The translations under genes were made by a program, and so were the position numbers. The notes under the pieces were generated by a model. It had not been told where the DNA came from. It did no database searches and saw nothing but the letters and a program-made list of their open reading frames with translations. From the human T2T-CHM13v2.0 reference genome, Homo sapiens: a DNA stretch of 64,000 nt. Of this stretch, positions 29,810-40,702 are shown in pieces. The first letter of the stretch is position 1, and every line of letters begins with the position of its first letter. The stretch lies in assembly GCF_009914755.1 (NCBI RefSeq), contig NC_060932.1; one strand, given 5' to 3'.

Positions 29810-32300
29810 TGTTCATTCAGTTAATAGACATGTTGAGCACTAATGAAAATAGTTTCCATCCCCAGCCAACATTAGAATCACTTGGAAAGATTTTATACTC
29901 AATGTCACCACTCTAGATCAAGTAAATCAGAATCTTGATGGTGGAGTACATGTACTGGTATTGCGATAAAGGCCCCCAGGTGATTTTAATGTATAGTTAA
30001 GGCTTGAGTACCATGGCCTAGTATATTGGCTCTCAAACCTGGCTGTACATTAGAATCACCTGGAGAGCTTTAACAATGTACTAACCCTGGGTCCCAACAC
30101 ATGCCAATTAAATCTGACTCATGAAGAGAAGGACTTAGGTATCAGTACTTAAAAATGTCCCCAGGTGATTCTAACGTTCAGCCAACAGTGTGAACCACTG
30201 GCCAGTGCTAGGCACTCCCATTAGATACTTGTAAACGGTAGTGAACAAATCTGACATAGTCCCTGTCCTCACAAAATATAAAATTTAATGAGACAGGCAA
30301 AGAACAGGCTACAAACAAATAAATTATGAGAATCTGTGACAAGTGGGATGACGAAAACTAAAAGGTGACAATAATTGAAAAATAATGATGGGGTATGAGG
30401 TGACGATGAATTTTAGACAGAATGATCAGAGAGGTGACACTTTAGGAATTGAAGGAAGACAAAGAGCTAGTCTTTGGAATAGGGGAAGAAAGGTGAGAAG
30501 GAGATGGAATAAATATTTCTAAGTAATTTGAACAGCACATGCAAAGTGGGGTGAGACAGAGCTAGATATATTTGAGGAAGGCTTCTGTCTGGCAAGTAAT
30601 AAGTGATATGAGATGACCTGGAGAAATTGGGCAGGGACCCCATCATGTGCAACCTTATAGATCATGTTAAATAACTTGCATTTCATTTAAGCTTAATGAG
30701 AATCTATTAAAAGTTTTTAAGCAGTGATGTGAGATGCTTTTATTTAGATTTTTAAAAGATCAGGTAAGAGAGGAGATGGCCTGAGAGGAGACTGATACAG
30801 TGGAGATAGGAAGGATGCTTCCCATTGTATGTTAATTATATACAGAGGTCCCCCAGAATTGTTATTTAAGACAAGTATTTAATTTTCTTTTATATAATGA
30901 GCATTTCAGGGCTGAAATGCTGGCTTTTGCAGCTCCCACCTCTACCTTCCCCAAGAGTGCCTACATCCTCAAAATAATCTCATGATTGCAAAACAGCTTG
31001 TGTGGCCCTAGCTGTTCTGCTTTTGCTCTGAGCGGGAAGAAAGAAGTAGATAAAAGAACCCCCCAAAATCTAGCCACCTTTTGGAGATCTTTCTTACTGG
31101 AGATCTTACTTACTTGCTGGAAGCCACACTCAGTTCTTCTGCTTACCTTCTATTTGCAAGGAATCTTGCTACCTCAATCTGCAAAAGTGGCTGAAAAACG
31201 TGCCTTTTCATCTGAGTACATTGCCGCCCCCAACCAAATCTAAATTTTGTTGTAAAGAGGATGGAAAAATGATATTGGGTAGGCACTACTGGGTTTGAGA
31301 TATAATAGGAAGTAAAATTTTGCCAAATTGGAATTCTTGCTGAATTGAACCTTGCTGAATTGTAGTGGAGAATTGAGGAAAAGCAAGCAAACAAGATGGG
31401 AGCCACAGGGGATTGGAAAAGACCATGAAACACTAGGTTGAGAAATCAGAAGTCCACTGGGGTAATGTGGAGTTTAAAATATCCATGAGGCTTTGTTAAG
31501 CAAGCATGGGGGCAATAATAATTAAAAACCCACAACAACCTGAATCCCGAGAAATGGTACGGGCTGAAGACATAAATTTGGAATTGATCAGCAGTTCCTA
31601 ACAGATTGCTAGGTGCAATCTCATTCCACCTAGCACTTCAATTTGTGAAGTACTGGGGAGAAGGTATTTAGAAGTAACTGAAAGTGGTTGAAGACTAATA
31701 TCTGAAAAGCACCAATAATTAAGGGTTGGGCAGATGAGATGGAGCCAGCACAGGAAACTGAAAAGAGTCCAGTGATTTAGACAGAAAACCAAGAAGGTAA
31801 ATTCCAGCAGCCTAGAGCAGAGAATATTTCAAGAAGATTTGAGGTCACCTTGTTTAAAGTTTTTGAGAGGTTGAGAAAGTTGAAGATAAAGATGTATCTA
31901 TTGGATTTGGCAAATGGGGTCACTGATGACCTTGAGTTTCAGCCAACTGATAGGTTGGAAACCAACTGTAGTGAGCGGAAGAGTGAATGGAAGATGAGGA
32001 AGTGCACATAGCATATGTAAGACTCCTCTTAAAAGATGCTTGATTTTGGACAGACGCAGAGTGATAGAGTAACTGCTGGAAAAAGGACTGGGATTTAAAG
32101 GGATTATGTGTGTGGTTTTTCAGTTGAAAGGTACTAAAGAATCTTTGTATACTGGGAGAAATCATCCAATAAAGAAGGAATGGTGATGAAGGAGGGAGGA
32201 GGAAAATCAAAATGGCTGCATCTTCAAGAAACCTAGAGGGGGTGGGAGCCAGGGCAACATGGATGGCTTGGCTTGTGATAGGAGCATCCTCATCCTTTGT
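29810..32300 (-). mobile_element. Long fragmented L2, with a gap at about 30770-31480
   Basis: ttcattcagttaatagacatgttgagcac, gtgaacaaatctgacatagtccctgtcctc, gggctgaagacataaatttggaattgatcagc, ttggatttggcaaatggggtcactgatgaccttga. Confidence 0.7.
29847..30200. mobile_element. Two adjacent MER5 (hAT-Charlie) MITEs
   Basis: Each copy has cattagaatcac(c/t)tgg ... ccccaggtgatt(t/c)taa. Copies at about 29847-30016 and 30024-30200. Confidence 0.8.
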
Positions 32301-32705
32301 CATGTAACCCAGTGTAGGAATGGCATTCTGGAGCTTAGGTTTAGTCATTCTCCAGGACTGATCTTCATGTTTTCCTTTCTACCTCATTATGAATTTCAGT
32401 CTGAGACAATGATTGCAGTTAATATCATGGTACCTGTTGTGGGCAGACCAGGCTAGCAATATTTCCTGTAAAAGGTAAGGTATACTCTGCAAGTATACAA
32501 GGTATACATTTTAGGTACAAATTTTAAAACTTTTGCAATAGCACACATTGAATACAATATTATTCCTCTCTTCCCTTCCTTCCTCTCTCCTTCCTGCCCC
32601 CCCTTTAAGATTTTTGTTACAGAACGTATGTACATGGGTGCTTAGCTTGGCTGGAAATGGGACATTGTGTTTAAATCCTCATTTACTTTCAAAATTGGCA
32701 TATGG

Positions 32706-33243
32706 TTGGGTAACCAACTGTCTTAGTCCATTTTGCATTACTATAAAGGAATACTCGAGGCTGTGTAATTTATAAATAAAAGAGGATAATTTGACTCTAC
32801 ATGCTTCTATAGGCTGTACAAGAAGCATGGGCCCAGCATCTGCTTCTGGTGAGACCCTCAGGAAGCAAACAATCATGGTGGAAGGGGAAAGGGAGCTGGT
32901 GTGTCACATGGTGAGAGTGGGAGCAAGAGAGGGAGGAAGGTGCCAGACTCTTTTTAACATTGAGATCTCACAACAACTAATATAAAGTGAGAACTTACCA
33001 TTACCATGAGGACTGTGCCAGGCCATTCATGAGGGATGGGGCCCCATGACCCAAACACCTCCTGCCATGCCCCACCTCCAACATTGCAGATCAAGTTTCA
33101 AGGTAAGATTTGGAGGGGACATACATTCAAACTATATTACCAACCATCCTGGTTTACCCAGCACTGAAGAATTTCCTGGGATGCAGAACTTTCAGTGCTA
33201 AACCAGGCAAGTCCTGAGTAAACCTGAAAGGTTGGCCACCCTA
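32706..33243 (+). mobile_element. MER81 (hAT-Blackjack) split by an MST LTR
   Basis: ttgggtaaccaac...ccaaccatcctggtttaccc...ctttcagtgctaaacc...gttggccacccta. Confidence 0.8.
32719..33139 (-). mobile_element. MSTB-like MaLR solo LTR
   Basis: tgtcttagtccattttgc...ggaggggacatacattcaaactatatta. Perfect TSD CCAAC at 32714-18 and 33140-44. Confidence 0.9.
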
Positions 33244-33288
33244 AGTATAGGTTACAAGTATAATAGTAGTTTAAAAGATCTTTGGATT

Positions 33289-33636
<348 letters not shown>

Positions 33637-33749
33637 CTATTGAAACAAATTATTATTTCTTCTCACTACTCAATCAGGCTTAAAATAAAAGAATACCTTG
33701 GTAAAGGTAAAACAAGTATAATCCAACTATAGCAGAGTCTTCTGGAAAT

Positions 33750-33880
33750 GGGTTAGCATTGCATAGAGCTCAAAAGCCCAGCTTTGGAGTCAGAAAAACC
33801 TACATGTGAATTCCTGGCACTATTGCTGTATAAGCTTAGATACTCAACGAGTCTCTAAAAGCTTCAGTTTCCTCAGTTAA
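33750..33880 (+). mobile_element. MIR fragment
   Basis: ctttggagtcagaaaaacc...gcttcagtttcctc. Confidence 0.6.
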
Positions 33881-36145
33881 TCTCAGTTCTGATAACTGTA
33901 CCATGGTTGTGCAAGGTGCTAATCTTGTATCTTTTTTCTAAGTCTAAAATTATTTCAAAATAAAAGTTTTTAAAAATCTCTAATGGTAAACATAAAATCA
34001 TAAGGTAACAACCAGTACCATTTTGATCTCCTAAAATGTTAGGAGATTCTGGTGATATTTTATAATTACTGTATTTATGCTGAAGCTATTAAAATGAGAG
34101 AGATGCAAGCATTGAAACATCAAAGTACAGGATAAAAATCAGCATCAGATGTGTGTGTATTTCTATTCAGTTCCACCTCAGAGTTGAGATTTTTTTTTAA
34201 AGCATTAAATTAATTCTGTACCACCAAAATGTACAGGTATCTGAAAACAGATAGTGAAGAGTTGCTTTGTAATATTTATCTCTGTTGAAGTTGAGCTTTC
34301 ACAATGTGGTTTAGTTTCAGAGCCTAATGAATAGAAATCATTTTCTTTTGTTCTTCCAAATACCTGAAAATAAGGTGAACAAGCCTCAGTAAACTTTGCC
34401 ATTACATTATGTGGAAGCCACACATATTCAAGAAAATTGTTTTCAACTATCAATTTATATGAAGATTGATAAAGCAATGGGAAACATCCAAGTGAGAGTT
34501 TGTAGGAAATGCCCAAACTGGCCAAATAAATTATTTCAGTACCTATGTGCTTGTTACCTTTCTATCACTTTTATTAAATAGTTGTATTTAATTTTAAAAT
34601 TTTATTAAAATGTTAAAAAGTACAGAGTTTAATCATTTACTTAAAGTCTTGTATTTTATAATATGAATCAGCACAAATATACAAGTTTCAGAAATAACTC
34701 TCACTGCCATAGTGACCTGCCTATTTTACATTTGGGAAGCAGTATCAGCTGATAAGCAAAAAAAAAAAAAAAAAAAAAGTGACTGATGAGTGTTTGCATT
34801 TTTTCTCTCCAAAATAAATGTCTATAACACAAATGATTATTTTCCGTTAGTATAAATACAGTACCAAAATATTTTTAGAAACTGATAAAAATAGGAGATT
34901 ATAACTCTTTACTCTAAATTTTCCTAAAATTCTGCCACCCTACAAATGGCATTTACATTTTTTTTTTTTTTTGACAAGCAAGTGCATCTATCTCAACAAT
35001 AAAAGGACCTAGACTTTTCCTGGTGATATTTTTCCCATGCTAACTGGCATTGAAAAAGTAAAATTGCTTAATGTTAATCAGCCTAATCTGAAGGAGAGGA
35101 AGTTTACTCCCCATTTCTCAACAGATTCTCTTTAATTTGGAAGTAACACTGACAGGTGGCCTCAACACCCAGGGCATTACAGACCACCTTGAAGGTCTCA
35201 GCGGTAGTAGCCTTTGAAGTCAAAATAATCAACAAGTCATTTGATATCCGATCACACGGAAGGGCCCCCAGAGAAGGCCATCTCTCAGGTAGACTGATTG
35301 TCTATCAAATAGGGCTAACTCGATACAGTTTGCTGAACAAATTCATAGACTTTAATGGAACTATAAACTGGAGAGAAATGTCCATTACAAACTGATTTTC
35401 AGTGCTCTTTCTATTAAAATGTTAATATGTTTTTTTAAGACTAGATAAGCATCTAGAAAAAAAGATTCATTACTAATAATGAAAGGAAGAAAGATTAGTT
35501 TGTATCTTATGGACAGATATCCCCCCACCATTTTTGTGAATGGAAAATTATTTTATCAAATATTTTGGGTCAAAGGATATCTCAAGTCACATATAGTGCA
35601 AAAAAAAAAATAAATTTTTTTTCCAGAATAAATGAAGAAGATAGAGAAAAAAATCTGCATTCTTTGGAGGGAATTGATGTTTTTCTATTAGTACAAAGTT
35701 AAATTTTCTGGGCATTAGATGTTCTCTACTCTCTGAAAATGGTTGTTAAGGTTTCCATTTACCAAACCTGATTCCAGTTGCATTTATTGAGTTCTTAGTT
35801 TGGTTCTGCACTCAGTGAAGCAGGTAAATACATGTTTTAATTTATGTAACTAATCTGTACTATTCAAATGAGGAGTGGTTTATAGCTGCATTGTATGCTC
35901 AGGAAAGGATCCAAGACCACATACATGTATATCTGAGACATTCATATTGTCAACATTCATATCAATTCAACATAATACAACAGTTTCTGAGTCTCTCCTA
36001 TGTTTCCCACATTGAACCAAGTGCTATGAAGGGAATTCCATGGAGCAATGGCTTCCTGAATAGTATTTATAAATATCATGGGCATGACTCCCCAAAGTGA
36101 ATGATACATTCAGCATCTTTATATGGCCACAGGTTCCATATAATT

Positions 36146-38136
36146 TTCCAGTTCCAGAATTGGAACTACAGGTCCTGTTACAGTTCCAGAATTAGGACTC
36201 CATTTCCAGTGCCAGTGCCAGAATTGGAACTCCAATTAAAGTTTCAATTCCAGAATTGGAAATCCAGTTCCAGTGCCAGTTCCAGATTTGGAACTCCAAT
36301 TCCACTCCAGTTCCAGAATTGAAACTCCAGTTTCAGGTCCAGGTCCAAAATTGGAACTCCAGGTCCAGGTTTAGTTCCAGAATTGGAACTCCAGTTCCAG
36401 GTTCAATTCCAGAATTGGAACTTTAGTACCATTGTCAGTTCCATAATTAGAACTGCATTTCCAGTTCCAGTTCCAGAATTGGAACTCCAGTTCCTGTTCC
36501 AGTTCCAGAATTGGAACTCCAGTTCCTGTTCCAGAATTGGAACTCCAGTTCCTGTTCCAGTTCCAGAATTGGAGCTCCAGTCTGTTCCAGTTCCAGTTCC
36601 AGAATTGGAACTTAAGTTTCTGTTCCAGTTCCAGAATCGGAACTCCAGTTCCTGTTCGAGTTCCAGAATTGGAACTACGGTTCCTGTTTCTGTTCAGAAT
36701 TGGGACTCCAGTCTGTTCCAGTTCCAAAATTGGATCTCCAGTTCCTGTTTGAGTTCCAGAATTGGAACTACAGTTCCTGTTTCTGTTCAGAATTGGGACT
36801 CCAGTCTGTTCCAGTTCCAGTTCGAGTTCCAGAATTGGAACTACAGTTCCTGTTTCTGTTCAGAATTGGGACTCCAGTTACTTTTCAAGATCCAGAATAG
36901 CAACTCCAGTTCCTGTTCCAGAATTCTAACTCCAGTCTGTTTCAGTTCCAGAATTGGAACTCCAATTCCAGGTTCAATTCCAGAATTGGAACATTAGTTC
37001 CATTGTCACTTCCATAATTATAACTGTGTTTCCATTGCCAGTCGCAGAATTGGAACTCCAGTTCATGTTCCAGTACCAGAATTATAACTCCAGTTCCTTT
37101 TCCAGTTCCAGAATTGGAGCTCCAGTCTGTTTCAGTTAAAGAATTGAAACTCTAGTTATAGTTTCAGTTCCAGAATTGGAACTTTAGTTTCTGTTCCAGT
37201 TCCATAATTGGAACTCCAGCTCCTGTTTGAGTTCCAGAATTGGAACTCCAGTTCTTTTTTCTGTTCCAGAATTGGAACCCCGGTTCCAGTTCCAGAATTA
37301 GAACTCCAGTTTGTTCCAGTTCTAGAATTGGAACTTTAGTTTCTGTTCCAGTTCCAGAATTGGAATTCCAGTTTCAGGTCCAGTTCCAGAAATGGAACTC
37401 TAGTTCATGTTCCAGTGGAGTTCCAGAATCGGAACTCCACTTCCTGTTTTAGTTCCAGAATTGGAACTGAAGTTCCAGTGTCAGTTCCAGAATAGGGTCT
37501 CCACTTCCAGTGCCAGTTCCAGAATTGGAACTCCAGTGCTAGTTCCAGTTTCAGAATTGGAACTCCAGTTACAGGCCCAGTTCTAAAATTGGAACTCCAG
37601 TTCCTGTTCCAGTTACAGAATTGAAACTCCAGTTGCAGTTCCAGGTCCAGAATTGGAATGCCAGTTTCTGTTCCAGGTCCTGGACTGAAACTCCATTTCC
37701 AGTTTCAGGACCAAAATTGGAACTCCAGTTCCAGTGCCAGGTTTAGAATTGGAATTCCAGTTCCAGTGCCAGTTCCAGAATTGGATTTCCAGTTCTAGTT
37801 CCAGGTCCAGAGTTGGAATTCCACTTCCAATTCCAGGTCCAGAGTTGGAACTCCAGTTTCAATTCTATTTCTAGAATTTGAACTCCAGTTTCTTTTCCAG
37901 ATCCAGAATTGGAACTTCAGTACCACTGCCAGTTCCCAAATTGGATCTCCAGTTTTTGTTTCAGTTCCAGAATTGGAACTCCTTTTCCTGTTCCATTTCC
38001 AGAATTGGAACTCCTGTTCCATTTCTAAAGTTGGAACTCCAATCTGTTCCAGTTCCAGAATAGGAACTCCAGTTCCAGTTCCAGTTGCCAAATTGGAATT
38101 CCAAAGCTAGTTCCAGTTCCAGAATTGGAACTCCAG
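36146..38136. repeat. ~2 kb hairpin-core tandem array, ~63 units of ~32 bp
   Basis: Consensus TTCCAGAATTGGAACTCCAG + (TTCCWG)1-3. About 63 cores by manual count. The core inverted repeat is AGTTCCA-GAAT-TGGAACT. Confidence 0.97.
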
Positions 38137-38140
38137 ACCT

Positions 38141-38375
38141 AGGTTCTGGAGTCAGACCATAATTCTAATTCCACTTCTGCCGCTTGCTGATTGGCCTTTG
38201 CTGATTATTTAAATGTTCTGATCTCAGTTTCCTCATCAGTACAATATGGGCAATAAGACACCTACAACATCCTCTGATGTTATCATTAAGATGAAGGAGA
38301 TAATATATGTAAAGTACTTAGCATATATAGCTTGATACAAAATCAATGTTCAGTATCTTGTAGCTTCTATTTATA
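38141..38375 (+). mobile_element. MIR directly abutting the array
   Basis: ggttctggagtcagacc...ctcagtttcctcatcagtac...gataatatatgtaaagtacttagca. Confidence 0.8.
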
Positions 38376-39200
38376 TTCAGAAATGTTGTTCAAGCCTTCC
38401 TGAAAGCTTCTTGGCAAAGCATATATTCTTTTTCAAGGTACTGACTTGTAATTGTTGTTATTTTCATTGTTTAGCTGTTAAGCCACTATTACCTTTGACT
38501 TTCTCCCAATACATCCCCAACTTCTGGAACTCAATAAAAGTATTTGAGTGGATGAATCTAGATCATTCAGAATTTTCTTTAAGAGAGTAGGAGAAAATAT
38601 TTGTAAAGTCTGCCTTAAATACTAGACTGCAGAGGTTGTAGACAAAGATTTTTAATCTATGTAAAACGAGCAAAATTGTGGTTTAGGAAAGGTGTCTGAG
38701 AATAACATTCTAAGTACATTGACAGGAAACACAGAAGCCAATGACAAAAGCTGTTAAAATAATCCAGGTGTTAACTGGAGGTAAGGGGGTAGGCCTCAGA
38801 GATAGTGCAGTAAACTAGATATACAGTTTTAAGAAATGAGCCTCAGGATATACAAACGAGATATATAGTTTGAAGAAATGAACCCAGAAAGTAGTACTAT
38901 TTAGAATAGCACCAGGAAATATGAAATATTTAGTGGAAAAATCTAGCAAAATATGTACAGGATCTGCATGCTGAAAACTACGGATGATAGAAATCAGAAA
39001 AATCTAAAACAAATGGAGCAATTTATAATGTTCATTTTTTGGAAAGCTCAATATTATTAACATGTAAATTTTCCCAAAACTTGTCTATACATTCAATGCA
39101 CTCCCAAACAATATCCCAGCAGGTTTTTTTTTGCAGATATCAACAAAGTTAATTTAAAAGCTTTTTTATTGAAAAGCAAAAGCAAAAAAAACAAAACCTT

Positions 39201-39523
39201 GATGTTGATGATTAATAGCAACACTTCCTCACTTGCTCTCTTCTTTCTCACTATCTGACAAGTATACACTTACTGTCTGTCCTTTCCACCCCACCACTAT
39301 AAGTAAGTTCTATAAGAGCAGGAGTTTTGTTTTGCTCTTGCTGAAGTCCCAATGAGTGTAAAATAACAGTCATTGGACACTTGGACACGTGGCAGGATGA
39401 GAGAAGGTGAGGGTTGAGAATTATTTGATGGGTACATTGAACACTCTACAGGTGATGGTTACACCAATAGCCCAGACTTAATCACTACACACTATGCTTG
39501 TATCCCTTAAATTTATAGAATAA
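39201..39523 (+). repeat. Diverged duplicate of 44266-44705 (unique + L2 + L1MA composite)
   Basis: Shared blocks: ctctcttctttctcact, cacccca..actataagtaag, gttttgttttgctcttg, gaagtccca, agtcattgga.acttgga, ggtgagggttga. Confidence 0.85.
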
Positions 39524-40109
39524 CCAAAACAATCTGAAAAAGAAAAACAATCTTGGAGGACTAGTGGATTTCAAGAATTACGTGTAAAGCTGCAATAATC
39601 AAGGCAGGTGGTATTAGCAAAAGATAGACATATAGATTAGTGCCATAAAAAGAAGAGCCCACAAATAGACAGATATAAATGGATTTTTGGCAAAGGTACA
39701 AAGGCAATTCAGTGGGGGAAAAAAATCACCTTTTCTACAAAAGGTGCTGGGACAATTGGATCTCCACATGTGAATAATATAATCCTTAACCCGAACCATG
39801 CATGTACAGAAAAGTTAATTCAAATGGATTACAGACTTAAATATGAAGCCCCAAACTATAAAACTTCTAGATTAAAACATAGGGGAAAACATTTGTGACC
39901 TCAGGCAAAGATTTCTTATATTTCTTATATATGATAATTCTTACATATGACAAATCATAATCTACACAAGAGAAAAATGGATAAGACAGGCTTCATCAAA
40001 ATTAAAAACTTCTTTAAAAAATACCCTTAAGAGGAAAAAAAGCCATTCACTGGGAGAAAATATTTACAAATCATATGTGCAACAAAGAACTTTATCCAGT
40101 GTATATAAA

Positions 40110-40702
40110 TGATGCAGGATTTTCTTCTGGGTCACTTTGCAACCCAGGGACCTCTGGCCGGCAGTGCCCCACTGGTCCTCACTCTGCCACACAACATGCT
40201 GCAGGAGACAGCCCTCTCACTTGGCCAGCCCAAGCCAAGTCTGGCTTCTTCACCAATTCCCAAGTTCTTGTCCTACATCCAAGAATGAGGATGTACTGAC
40301 AATCAAAGAGTAAACAAGGTGGGGAGTTTTGTTGAGTGATGAAACCGCTTTTAGTGGAGAGGGGAAGAGGGGACATCGGGGTGGTCCCCCTTCCTGAAGG
40401 CAGGAAAGTCCCCCTAATATGGCTGAGTCTGGGGCTTTTATGGGCTCAGAATGGGGGAGGGGCAGGCTGTAGGTAGTACTGGAAAAGGCAACATTCAATT
40501 GGTTAAACGGCATTATTCAGAAAGAATCAATGGGGAAAAGGTGGGCAAACAGGAACAGAAGTTCTCACTCTGGGTCGTCGGTTTCATCTGGGACCAGTAG
40601 TCCAGTCTTTCAGGCTTCAAGCTGTTTTTGGCTTGAAAGTGGGATTTCACTGGGGACCCACCCCTATCTGCCTAGGCATTCAGCTGCCTTCTGTCACTAT
40701 CA
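40110..40702 (-). mobile_element. ERV1 solo LTR (LTR9/MER61-like; subfamily uncertain)
   Basis: TG...CA, 593 bp. Reverse strand begins TGATAGTGACAGAAGGCAGCTGAATGCCTAGGCAGATAGGGG. 4-bp flanks TAAA/TATA. The L1M resumes after it. Confidence 0.8.

Noticed and set aside
36146-38136. CRISPR-like appearance (palindromic repeats at regular spacing)
   Set aside because: The linkers are short degenerate TTCCAG hexamers, not unique spacers. There are no cas genes, and the context is primate DNA.
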